64,000 bases of DNA from Leptogorgia sarmentosa (taxonomy: Eukaryota): positions 18,972,001 to 19,036,000 of the forward strand of contig OZ210885.1 of assembly GCA_964658305.1 (NCBI GenBank), read 5' to 3'. The translations under genes were made by a program, and so were the position numbers. Position 1 is the stretch's first letter; every line of letters begins with the position of its first letter. Shown piece by piece: positions 35,835 through 47,806 of this stretch. A model generated the notes under the pieces. The model had not been told where the DNA came from. It ran no database searches and was given only the letters and a program-made list of their open reading frames with translations.

Positions 35835-36648
35835 TATATTAAGCTATATAACTGTGCTTCTTTTTTAGAGAAATGAATTTGGAAACAGTACTGGAATGGA
35901 GTTTGAGGGCTTCCGGAGATCAATGGATTAACTTGAATCTCAGAAAGTCTCTGTTGCTACCTTGATTACCGACAGACATTCTAAAATTGCCAAGCATGTG
36001 AGAGAGACACTAACATTAAGCACTACTTTGACCTTTGGCACTTGACAAAAAGTAATTACTTTACTTTCTTTAATTGGGTCATATTACAACTCTTGGTTTA
36101 TGTAGTTACCTAGTATTGGAATCCATTGTACTGGAGTGCCACAACAACACTCACTGGGAATGGCAATAATGCTATTGTGGCCAAGTTTAAGTCTTTTTTA
36201 GGTCATGTCAAGAATCAACATAGTGGATTCACAGACCGCTTGTTTGAAAAATGTGCTCATGGTCTTATTATCCAGCCTCAGAAATGGTTAAATGAAGGTT
36301 AGCACTTAGAAGCTTGTTGCAACAATTTAATTTAGCTGCGAAGTAGATTATTCTGACCGCTAACTTGTAAAATAGAAGGATCAGTACTAGCTGTATTTAT
36401 GAGTTATTTTTGTTCTTTTTATTAGATTTGGTGGCATACAATAAGATGTATACTGGCCTAACTAAACTTAGATTGATTAGTGGGATCATGAAAGCATCTC
36501 TCATGGCCCAAACAAGCTCATTAGAAGAGTTTCACTCTGTGGTCAACCAGTTCTTGCCCAAAATGATTGGCTACTCTTTTCCTGGGATGTTTTGCAGGTA
36601 TGTATTAAAACTACAAATATAAAAACATTTCTACCAAGCTTTACGAAA

Positions 36649-37152
36649 TGACAGCCAAGCAACTGGATGAAGAAATTGGCAAATAACAAACCCGGTTTGG
36701 TTCGAAAATAAGCCGCTTCAAGTAAACAAGATAAATTATGGCAGATATTAGCCGCGAAGCTGGTTTATCAATGGTTTACACAAACCACAGTGTTCGAGCA
36801 ACAGCCATTACTGTTTGGTCAAATGCAGGCATCCCAAATCGTCATATCAATTTCGGGCTATAGAAATGAGCAAAGTCTTGTTCATTACAATGTGCGACCT
36901 TCCTCCTTGCAGCTTCGCAACTGTAGTGATGTGCTGTCTCGTTCGCTCGGTTCCGATCACCTTACTGCTGTTCCTTCTTGTTCAACTGAAAACCATCCAC
37001 CAACTGATGAAAGTGCTGGTATTTCTGTTGCATTAAGCTCCACAAGATCGACTTCAAGCACACAGTTAAAGAATTTCACTGTAGCTGGCAGCATGTTTAG
37101 TTCTTGTTCGATTGGCAGTGTACAGATCGTGTTTAAATCGGACAGCGATTAG
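36649..37152 (+). pseudogene. Crypton-type tyrosine recombinase (DUF3504-like), internally deleted C-terminal remnant
   Basis: PVWFENKPL, MADISREAGLSMVYTNHSVRATAIT (HxxR), ISGYRNEQSLVHY (degenerate GH..Y). Confidence 0.75.
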
Positions 37153-37890
37153 CTTTTTAATTTGTATAAATAATATTTGTATTTTTGTTATATCGCGAAA
37201 TTTTCAAACATATTCGAATAATATTAAAACTAAAAATGCATGCATAAAAACACTTGACTTTTTTGCCTTTGCTTAGCTGAAGGGCTTTGTTGTTGCTTGG
37301 CAACATTCGAGAACAAGCATTGTACATGTAAGGAGAATTGTACTTTCGATCTCCACAATAAAGTTGTTTATTGCGTTAATAATATTCGTGTTCATGCGGC
37401 CTCATGTTTCATGAGATTCTCTCGTATTCTCCCAACATTCCCCTTGTGCATTATAACAGCATAGTGGCACGCAACTCGTTATCTATTTCTTAACTACCCT
37501 AAGTTCAAAAATGGTGAAGCTGTTGTTCAAAATGTAAAAGTTGCTCAGAATTTTGGTAAGAGAGGTTTTAGCTGCGGCAATACAACCTGATACTGCAGTA
37601 TATATCAGTTGTTGTGAAGACAGAGTTTGCAGCATTCTTTGTTATTTTAAATTGGTATTTGGACAATGCATGTTTGATACAAAAAGTGTTGAAAATATGT
37701 TAAACTTGCTTGATGCGAAACAGTGAACAACTGCAAGTTCAATGTATTGTGCAATAATTGACCCATGAATGACTGTGCCTCATATATATGTAGACTTATG
37801 CACTAGGATATGTTGAGGACATCTACCAAACTAAATGTGACACACTGCTCAAAGAACCAAAAGTAGATACTGAAATAATTTATGAGATGC

Positions 37891-38366
37891 AATAATAATA
37901 ATAATGATTTATTTCCAGCTTATCTACAGAGTAGCTATACATCTGGATCCTAACTAATAATAATAATGTCAGTGTAATGTAGAATTATATAGACTTAATT
38001 CAGGTGATTTAAAGGTAAATTAAAAGTTACTATTTACAGTTGGGAAAAAGAAAACTATTGTCATGAACAGTGAATCTGTGCTTCTGCTCTCTCCTTTAAA
38101 ATTTTTTTGACTTGACGGATGTAGGATGGTAACTCCCTGCATGACCGTATGTCAGCAGGCAGCTCATTAAATAGCCGGGATATCGAGTCCTGAAATGTTC
38201 CTTTTGTTAATGGTATCACTAGTAGTGGCGCTTTGTTTGATCTTAACAATCTTTTTGGCTCACGTTTGTCTACTCTCAAATATTCAGGCCACGACGGATT
38301 ATACATGGCCTGGTAGGTTCCAATAAATTCGCAAAGATGTAAGATTTTACAAATCAATCTCTTCAT
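37891..38366 (-). mobile_element. 5'-truncated LINE (CR1/L2 group) 3' end with (TTA)n tail
   Basis: ...PEYL...LRS...TFQDSISRLFNELPADIR, with AATAATAATAATAAT at 37892-37906. Confidence 0.65.
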
Positions 38367-38367
38367 A

Positions 38368-38575
38368 GCCCATTGAAAGTTTATCTAATTGCATGGTATG
38401 CACAAGCTGGCAGTGGAATTCTTTTATCCCAGAGAATGCCGTGGACCACCCATTCCCAGTTTTCTAACCAAGATTCATCTGCCAGTGGTTCGTAATGAAT
38501 CAAATAATGGATCAAAGCATTAACCTTCAAGTCCTGTCACACACTGCAATTTCTCTTGCAACACAATTCTAAACT
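38368..38575 (-). pseudogene. Second KolX/P2X7-ballast-like remnant, convergent with the plus-strand Kolobok transposase
   Basis: Reverse strand reads LQCVT...DKRIPLPACAYHAIR*TF, matching RRIPLPACAYMAIRNTF of the first KolX. Confidence 0.7.
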
Positions 38576-38999
38576 CAGGATATGTTAATTAGTAAACCTA
38601 AGATTGTTTGATATCTGAAGAATACATCAGCAAACTGAAGATGCGCATTTGACAATTTGACAAGTTTACATCTCACAAAAGCAGGGGCGGATAAACCCAG
38701 TAGGCTATCAGGCCTTGCCCTTTGGACCCTAGTTTTTAGGGCCCCTATTGCATAGTTTAGGGGGTCTTCATTGATAATCAACTATAAATATATACTATCA
38801 ATCCAATAAGAAAAGTGCCTTCAGGATATACAAATTACTAGAAATACATACATGCAGCAACCCCTCGCCTTACTCCCAAAAAAATGCAACTATATTTTTG
38901 GAACATGAAGTACTTTAAAGCCGCCTGAGTTTGTTGTCATGGCAACACGATCGGAATTCATATTTGTATATTTTTTTGAAAACACTCAAAATATCAGCT

Positions 39000-39750
39000 T
39001 TTATTTTTTTCCGGTCCGTAACTCCCGGTCCGTAACCTAAATAGAGCTTTCTGATTGGTTGCCGAGCGGTCCGTAACCTACTTTACGGACCGCTAGCATG
39101 CATTCTCGTAGATTTAATACAAATATAGTCAATGTTTTTGTTTTTTAAAACTGAATGACCGCTTATTAAAATATTCAAAACGAATTTAGGCGATAAAGAA
39201 CACCTGAAAGTCCATTTTATTATGGTACGGGATATTTTATGGGGTATTTACAGCGACAAAAACAAAAGACAAAAGTCTCGTCAGTATCAACAAAACAAAA
39301 CAAAACATTCTCGGCGAAATATTTCGGTGTCTAAAGCGTATTTTAACCATGTTTCTATCGTGAAACGACCGGGAAAATAAATAATCTTAACAAGTTTACC
39401 TTTTTCATCGTAATGTTGAGTGGAAATGCGTGAATATGGAAGAAAGTGCGTCAATATTGAAGGGTCTTTCCTCACTTCGTCTTGGCTGTTTAGCAGCCAT
39501 ACTTGCAATAGAGTAGCAAAGTAAACAAACAAACTGATCTCAAAATCTAGTTCACAACACTGGAAGTTTTGACGAATTTTATCATAACATCGAGGAGGAA
39601 AAAAAAAAAAAAGTTATTCACCATTTAGGTCGGTCCGTACTGGAAAATATTTTGTCTCGGTCTCAAAAACGTCCCTCGGCCTTCGGCCGTTTTTGAGACC
39701 TTGACAAAATATTTTCCCGTACGGACCTCCCAGCTGGTAAATAACATATA
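39000..39750. mobile_element. Second non-autonomous element with a terminal imperfect hairpin (39613-39745)
   Basis: Fold-back centred on ggcc-TTC-ggcc. GGTCCGTA repeats and CTGATTGG near the other end. Confidence 0.6.
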
Positions 39751-40481
39751 TTTATATTTGTTTTATTGGATTTTTTTTAATTTGGAGAACCATTTGTTAA
39801 CGGTACGTTATTAGGACTAATATAAACTTGAATTTGGTGCGAAATACTACATTTATTTGCATAAAACGGTTTAATTAAGTCAGTCTTTGATATGAAACAA
39901 TTTCCAGCCAGACTCCAGTGTTCGCTCGTGTTCTTTTGATTAAAGGTGGGTTACAGTCCCTTCTGCGCATGTGCGCTGAGTTTGTTATGAGTAGGTTACT
40001 CATGTTACAATCATAACAAGTTCCCAGTCCTACACAGTAATAACAACACACGCGGCCGCCTAAATGTTTTCACTGTCGTGGGCTGCAAGAAGCGATGGCT
40101 GATTCAGGCGCGTCAAGTTCCGCAAAAAACCTTCAAATACTAAGCGTTGTTGCATATCTGACGCTAGAAAGGTATATGACAAGAAAAGAGACGCATCTTT
40201 CGAGCGGTGGAGAGCGTTCAAACAAGAACGTAGCCTGAAGACTGACCAGAATGTGGCAGATTTTCTGCTCGATCATTTAATACGCACGGAGAAACACGTT
40301 ATGGTGAGTGTGTTGATAATATAACTAAACCTTCGACCTTTTATGATGATTTTACGCTTTTGGCCTTTGTCTTCACAAGAACAATCAACCCTTATTTGTA
40401 ATTCATATATTTTGCTAAAAAGCTTTAACGAATATTGAATAAGTTTTGGGGTATTCTTACAAATACAAATTGACATGTAAT

Positions 40482-40538
40482 GACTTGGGGGCGAAACGAC
40501 TTGGGGCGAATCGACTTGGGGGCGAAACGACTGGATTC
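40482..40538. repeat. Short tandem array GACTTGGGGGCGAAAC x3
   Basis: Three near-identical 15-16-bp units at the centre of the foldback element. Confidence 0.8.
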
Positions 40539-40923
40539 CACACCGAATACATATAAAATATGTAAAGGGAAGTACATTATTAAAGCGTAAAATCATCATA
40601 AAAGGTCAAAGGTTTAGTTATATTATCAACACACTCACGATAAGGTGTTTCTGCGTGTGTAAATTATCGAGCAGAAAATCTGCCACATTCTGGTTAGTCT
40701 TCAGGTTGCATTCTTGTTTGAACGCTCTCCACCTCTCGAAAGCATTGAATAAAAAGATCTTAGATGCGTCGTCTCTTTTCTTGCACTTACAATTTGAAGG
40801 GTTTTTTGCAGAATTTGACGCGCCTGAATCAGCCATCGCTCCTTGCAGCCCACGACAGTGAAAACATTAGGTGGCCGCGTGTGTTGTTATTACTCTGTAG
40901 GACTGGGAACTTGTTATGATTGT

Positions 40924-41126
40924 TGTTGAAGTTATAGTATATTGTTCGGCCATAAACGATCAAAGCGAGTGAAACGACTACATGTTAAGACAAAACAGTA
41001 ATGTAATAAAATATAAATACATGTGTTGACTTTAGTCACATGACTTGATCACTGACTTATATGTTTACAAGATAACTGGACTACAGTTCAGTGTTTTGCA
41101 TGACGCACGGTCAAATATCCTCAACA
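40924..41126. mobile_element. Solo LTR (203 bp) inserted in the right arm of the foldback element
   Basis: TGTTGA...TCAACA ends with 5-bp TSD ATTGT. The left arm shows the empty site (catgttacaatcataacaag). Confidence 0.85.
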
Positions 41127-42794
41127 ATTGTAACATGAGTAGCCTACTCATAACAAACTCAGCGCACATGCGCAGAAGGGACTGTAACCCACCTTTAAAG
41201 TTTGTAAATATTTTGTGAAGTCTTGCATTTAAAAACATGAACCTATACTCTGGAATTGAGCCGTGAATTGATTAAACGCGGCTACGGCCGGCGACCTTTC
41301 ATGAAAATAGTAAATATACGCAAAACAAAAGTTCACTGCCGACAATATAATATATAGACAAACTTATCCTGTGCTTCAATCCATAGTTGTTTCGTCCCAT
41401 TTCTCAGAGTTTTATATCATCTAAGGGGGGGTTTCAAGTCTTACGCACAGATCTTGTCTTTGTTTCCCCTTTCCAAAGCTTTAAGAAGCTCCTTGAAAGC
41501 TCTAAAAAGCTTCGGCTATTCATGATAGTCCGCTATCTTTTAGAGATCAGTGATGACCTACGATGCACGATGACCCAAAATGGCGGCCAAAACAAGCAAC
41601 TTTGGACTCCGCTAAGCGGAATTATTACCCTTGCCCCGGGCTAACACCCGGACGGCGCTTTGCGCCGTGGCTCGGGGAAAAATAGTTACGATCAGAATCT
41701 GATAAGAGGAAAACTTGAATAGTGCATTTATATTATCAACAGTGCATCAATTCTCCCCCACCAATTTTAGCTATATAATTTTGGAAAACCTTTAAAAAAG
41801 AGGAAAGCCCGAACTCGCTGACGACGCTAATCCGCCCCTGCTCAATAGAAAGGATAACACTTTGTAAGAGAAATTGTACAATACAGACATGGTAGAAAAT
41901 TTCTAAATCTCTTTGATCTACTATGAGGATGAGAGTTTGTGAGAGTTGCAATTCTCGTAAGTATTTAACCGCTAAACTCTCAACAACTCTCCTCGACTCT
42001 GAACTGGTTCAGATTTTGATGAGAGTTTATTAGATTGTGTGCAATTGACCAGTCATGGGAGTTGATAAGAGTTGCAAAGAACTACAAGCTCTGTTTGAGT
42101 AACCAGTAACATCTGGTGTGATCAATTCTCACTTGGTTTCACAAACTGTCTGGAATCAGTTTGTTCTACTCCATGAAATCTGATACCAGAGATCAGGAAA
42201 ACATTCATACAACTTGTGTGTAAAAGAGTCCTTGATCTTTTGCTTGCCTTTGGGAAGTATGTTAGAGGTTTTTAGGGATCTTCCTCCTGTCAATGGGATA
42301 GCTTCTATTTCACTTCATTTCTTATTTCGGTAATGCAGATTGCAATGAATGCCGAGATATGTAAAAAGCCGTCTTTGCTCATATGTGCACTTCTAATACA
42401 CTTGAGCATATCCAGGTTAGCCATCATCTTTTCACACATCTTTTGATCAATGCTTTTATGTAGGATCATGGTTGGTGAGGATGTGCAGGTTGATAAGTTT
42501 AATAGTGCCATAAAATGTAATAGTTTTTCTGAGTTTGATTTCTTGATTAACCATAGAACCAAATTTCTTTTCAAAATGTACCAGTAGAATTTGAACATGA
42601 TTTTCGTTTCTTCTTTTGTAAAAGGACCGGATGGCCTGACACGTTTGACTGGCAGAGAGTATTCAACTGCATCTAAATAATAAAAATAGGTTATCTTCTA
42701 CTGGAACTGTATCTTCTACATAATGCATGAAAGACTGTGGCATATGACATATTTGAATCGATGATGATATTCAGTGGTGTTAAGAGATGCTATA

Positions 42795-43494
42795 CAGGGT
42801 GTATCAAAAAAAAGTTTACTGATGAAAAACATTCTCTAAACTAACGAGCGCTCAAAATTTCCAAAAACTTTCGGTTAGCATGGGTAGTTTAACACCCTCT
42901 GGTATATCTAGCACTAAGTTAATTTAAAAAACACTACATAACTTTTTTAGAATGCAACCTGGTTTCTGGAAGGCCCATTAAAAACGGCTTGCGCGGAAAA
43001 AAAGTTTTCTTCACACAATTTGATTTAATCGGATGAAAATATGGAGTATGATATACAAGCTATTCAAGTTTTGAGAAATTTGGTGCATGCTGAGACGAAT
43101 GTGCGATGTCTGAAAACTGGATTTTCCGCAATTTCTTTGTGTAATTACGCACCTTTGGGAATTGGCTTGCAATTTGCATTGGTAATTAATGCAAATATCC
43201 AATTATGCATAAATTAATCGGTAATCAAGCAGGAAAGAACGCAAAATTTAAATCAAATCCGATTAAATCAAATTGCGTGAAGAAAACTTTTTTTTTCCGT
43301 GCAAGCCGTTTTGAACAGGCCTTTCAGTAACCACATTTCCCATTCTAAAAAAGTTTGTTTTTAAAATAAACTTAGTGCTAGATATACCAGAGGATGTTAA
43401 ACTACCCATGCTAACCGAAAGTTGTTGGAAATTTTGAGCACTCGTTAGTTTAGAGAATGTTTTTCATCAGTAAACTTTTTTTTTATACACCCTG
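42795..43494. mobile_element. Tc1/mariner-type MITE with long TIRs
   Basis: CAGGGTGTAT.AAAAAAAAGTTTACTGATG ends, TA TSD, inverted arms of roughly 240 bp. Confidence 0.93.
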
Positions 43495-43769
43495 TAGTGG
43501 AAAGGGTGGCCAGCAAAATGACCATAATATCTCTAACGTACCATCGGGCACAGATGTTTCACTTTGTGCAATAAGTTTGGGATCCGATTGCTGAAATCGC
43601 TTCGAAACTGGTTCATTTAGTTGCTTTGATATTGGGGAAAGACAGTACTTTCCCATATCTTGATAACACCCAGAGAAAAACTTCCAATATCTTCACCATC
43701 TGTTATTAACAAATAGAAATAACTAAATAAGATGACAATCGAAAAGTAAAAAGTATCAAAACCTACTAT

Positions 43770-44229
43770 ATATAATAATAATTTAATTGTGCTTTTTACA
43801 TACAATGATCCAAAGCGCATTACAATACACTCTTTTATACATGCAACTATTAATAATCTTAAATATATACATTTAATGGAGGCTAAAAGCTAGCTCTCTT
43901 TTCAGAGAGGAATTAAAAATTGAAAGAGAACTGATACTCCAAAGGCTTAGAGGAAGTGCATTCCAGAGTGTTGGCGCAGCCACACTAAAAGATCTGTCTC
44001 AGAATGATTTTAACATCTTCCCCACTGGATGTGAGATGATAATACCCGAATTGGAACGGAACGAGTACCATTCCCTAATATACTCTGGTGTCAAGCCGTT
44101 AAGAGCTTTGAAAGTTAAGAGTAAGATCTTAAAATGAATCCTATACCTAACTGGCAACCAGTGTAGTTCCTGTAAAACAGGCGTAATATGGCTGTACTTG
44201 CTAGTAGACGTTAGCAGCCTGGTCGCAGC
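43770..44229 (-). mobile_element. 3' end of an L2/CR1-group LINE (continues at 56230, 57674-58500 and 61530-61905)
   Basis: AATRLLT...HITPVLQELHWLPVRYRIHFKILLLTFKAL...RSFSVAAPTLWNALP, and an L2-like tail with TTA repeats. Confidence 0.85.
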
Positions 44230-44233
44230 CAGG

Positions 44234-47200
44234 AACGCGTATTGGTTGTTGTTATGCTGTGCCCTTAACAAAAATTCCGGTTATTTCTTCATTATTAACC
44301 AAGGCAAGCACGCTTGCCTTTACGATGATAATTCAGCTATTGCCCACGCGCTAAGTCAACTTTCGCGGTCTGCTATTCGAGGAATATAGGCGAACTGCAA
44401 GCGGCGCTTCTAAGGAAGGCCGCTCCATTGCCAATTGGTCAACTATCAATCCTAACATGTTTGTTATATGATACTTTCAGTACTAGCTTTCGCAATTCAA
44501 ATACCAATTAATAGTATTGACTCTGATCTTTGCATATTGTGGAGTGAATTAACTTGCAGTAGTTCTTGCCTTCATGTATTACTGAATTTTATGAAAGCAT
44601 TTTGAATCAGAAGATAAGGTTTGTATTTAAGCTTTAGGGCATCATTCTCTAGTGTATTCGAATATACATATATATGCACGTCATTTATTTGCGACTCAAA
44701 CGCGCATACAAATTGTATACTTGTATAATTGTATTCTAGAGCTCTCGTAACCTAAAATATTCGCTAACTGCCCAAGCCCAACTGATATCCACAAGTAAAT
44801 CTAACATTATATATACTATCTACTATATAGTAAACACCTAAACAATCTTCGGGTATTAGCATGCAAACTGCGGCAGTAGAGAGTAGCAGCATAGTTCGCG
44901 CATTTACAATAATACAACAAAAAATTGGCGCGCATATTTGATGACATCATTTGCATATATGTGCGTCATATATTGCGTGATATATGTACAAAGTGCTAAT
45001 GCGCCATGACATCAAATGTTCAAAATAGCGGTCGCAAAATAGGGTAGTGCCAATTTAATGCAGTGCTAGAAAAGTCCGATGACATGTTTAGAAAAGACGA
45101 GTATGTGGTAAGGAGTAGGTAATTTACGTAAGTAGAACCGCTCCTATACAAGCCACTCCTGAGCGGCAAAGATATATAACGGACAAAATTTCTACTTCTT
45201 CACATGTAAAAAAAACTAGTAGTGCAAAGTGTGATTACCGTCGTATACCCAAAATATATGAAATGAACACCTGTCTCGTGGAATTGTTGCTTTCTCGTCC
45301 TTTTGGATCCCGACGATTCTCAGAGAAAAAAGAAATTGTTGAAAGAGGACGCCCAACTCCCGAGATCCCAGAATTACACACAACATCGAAACGTGGCAGT
45401 AAAGTTTTTGTTCGAAGTTTTCAGACATCAAATTATGAAAAGTACAAGTGGCTTGCTGGTTCTACTAAACTCAATAAACTATTTTGCTGGCCATGCCTTT
45501 TGTTCAATCCCACAGACAATACTGTATGGAATAAGAAAGGATACAGCGATTTGGGGAATTTGTCTAATGCTATCAGTAGACACGAGAAAACCAAAAGTCA
45601 TTTGTCAAGTTGTTTGATGAATGCTGCTTTTGGTCGAGCCCGCATCGATTTGCAACTAGACGAGCAAACACGTCAGCATATATCAGCGCATAATCTGGCA
45701 GTGCATAAGAATAGAGAGATACTTCGCCGTTTTATTGATGTCGTTTGTTTCCTTGGCAAACAGGAACTTTCCTTTAGAGGACGGGTGGAGGTCCAAGAAT
45801 CAGCCAAATGTGGCAATTACGTGGAATTGGTGAAGCTGGTCAGTATATACGATTCCTCGCTGGAGCAACATCTTCAGACGGCTACTGTGTTTTCTGGAAT
45901 GTCGAATCATATTCAGAACGATTTGATCATTTCTGTTAAAAATGTCATAACCAAAGCAATTATGGACGAAGTGTTTAGCAGCCCATTCGTCGCGATTTCC
46001 ATGGACGAAACCTCCGACATTAAAACTTTGTCTCAGTTAACCACTATTATTCATTATGTAAACTCTGATGGCAAACCTGTGGAGCGTTTTCTTGGATTCA
46101 CCGACGTAAGCGAAGACAGAACAGCAGCGAGATTGAAACAAGAGGTTGACGGTACTTTGGAGGAGTACGGATGTGGTGGAAAATTGATTGCGCAAACATA
46201 TGATGGAGCGAGCGTTATGTCGGGGCAACTAACCGGTTTGCAAGCTCGTGTTAGAGAGGACTATCCACATGCCTTGTTTATCCACTGTTGTGGACATGCC
46301 TTGAATTTAGTGTTGGTCCAAGCAGTGTCGTCAACCAAAGAGTGCAGAGTATTTTTCAAGACTGTCAGTGGCCTTTCACGTCTCATCCAAGAGAACGCAT
46401 TTGTTAGACACGATTGTTGGTAGACGAATTCCCACTGGTACTGCTGTCCGATGGCATTATCACGCAAGACTAATCCATGCAATACTGGAGACGCGGGAGA
46501 AGCTGGTGGAAGTTTTCGAATACATCGTGGAACACGACGATGAATTCGAAGGTACTGTGCTAAACGAAGCTCGTGGCTACCGCAATATTCTCACAGATTT
46601 CCAGTTTGTGTTCTGCCTAAACATATTCTCACCTTTGTTCGGACTCACAACTATTCTCTACGATATTGTCCAAAGCAAGCAGTTTGATATTGCGTATTGC
46701 ATCAACAAAGTTCAGGAAACGAAAAGCAGAATTCAAGAATTACGGGACAATTTTGAATCGTATTGGAATTCTACTTTAGAAGTTGCGGATATACCGAAGA
46801 GACGAGGGCAAACTGAACAACAAGTTAAAGCGTCATTCCGTCGAATGTTTTTCTCTGTCGTTGACACCGCGGTCATGCAGATTGATGTCAGGTTCGAAAG
46901 TCTGAACAGCATGAAATTTGTTTCCTTGCTTGACCATTCAAAACACGAGTTGTATAGTAGAGATTTCCCAGAAGAAGAATTACATTCCTTGGAAGCCACC
47001 TATGGCTCATTTTTCAATATCCTTGCCTTAAAAAGTGAACTAACTGTTGTTTATGCATCTGCTCAACTTAAATCAAAACCTGTTTTTGCCATGATTAAAA
47101 AAATTGTTGAACTTGACTTACAAAATTGCTTTCCGGAAGTTTATCGTTTATGCCAACTGATCCTAACAATGCCAAGTACCTCGGCCTCGGCTGAGAGATC

Positions 47201-47762
47201 GTTTTCAGCGCTCAAGCACATCAAGACATACCTTTGAAGCACCCAAGGACAAGATCGGTTGTCAGCATTGGCTACCATCTCTATTGAGAAAGAACTTTTG
47301 ACTTGTTTGCAGGGGAAACCAGAGTTTTATGACAACGTTATAAAGAAGTTTTGTGCGAAAGAAAGAAGAATGGAATTTACATTTAAATAGTTTCATTAAA
47401 CCTTTTATATACATTTTTTATAATGCTTATGAGTTATGATGTAGTCATATAGACTGAGGAAATATATATAACATATTTATATCCCTAACTACAGACATGC
47501 ATTTACTGACATTACAGACATTTGAAGATATTTTTGCCTCGTGTATTTACTTTATTTTAGTAGTGATTTTAGTCATTAACTACAGGTGAAACAAACACTA
47601 ATTCGTTGTCATTTGCCGCTGAAATCGCCGTAAATGCCATCCCAGAGCTTTGCAATTTCAAAAATTTTCTGGGGGAGAATCCCCCCAGACCCCCCTTCAG
47701 GGTGTTCGCAGCTTCGCCGCGAACACCACTTGCCTACTACATTTGTTCACCGCACGCCACTG
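44234..47762 (+). mobile_element. hAT (ZMYM1/Tip100-like) transposon, left end deleted
   Basis: Right end ...CACGCCACTG at 47762 (CAGTGGCG-type hAT terminus). No matching left terminus seen. Confidence 0.75.
45263..47390 (+). pseudogene. hAT transposase (TTF-type finger, DUF4371-like, dimerisation domain); one frameshift near 46370 and a stop at 47235-47237
   Basis: KWL...LFCWPCLLF, SMDETSD, QTYDGASVMSG, IHCCGH.LNL, PSTSASAERSFS.LK.IKTYL*STQGQDRL. Confidence 0.92.
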
Positions 47763-47806
47763 GGTCGCACTACGACCGCAATGCATTTTTTTGCGTTTTC
47801 TTCAAG

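Larger units (their letters stand above)
33740..37860 (+). pseudogene. Plus-strand Kolobok transposase exons, degraded and interrupted by a maT and a Crypton remnant
   Basis: GDGRYDSMGHSAKYCAYT, GMEFEGF, ITDRH, HYFDLWH, AKFKSFL.H..N.H, CAHG..KWL, QTSSLEEFHS, YPKFKNGE. Confidence 0.8.
39944..41194. mobile_element. Foldback non-autonomous Kolobok-type element
   Basis: TTAA TSD (39940-43, 41195-98), AGG...CCT ends, and several hundred bp of inverted arms (AGGTGGGTTACAGTCCCTTCTGCGCATGTGCGCTGAG...). Confidence 0.85.

Noticed and set aside
40482..40538. CRISPR-like repeat array
   Set aside because: The units are contiguous with no unique spacers, the context is eukaryotic and no cas genes are present.
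39944..41194. piggyBac MITE (TTAA TSD)
   Set aside because: The ends are AGG..CCT rather than the CCC/YY..RR ends typical of piggyBac, which fits Kolobok better.
41590..41690. Helitron-like terminal hairpin (CGGCGC-TTT-GCGCCG)
   Set aside because: Only a short hairpin; no clear CTRR end or matching 5' end was identified.
42100..43720. Possible degraded coding exons around the Tc1 MITE (ORF 42305-42598)
   Set aside because: No motif could be identified with confidence.
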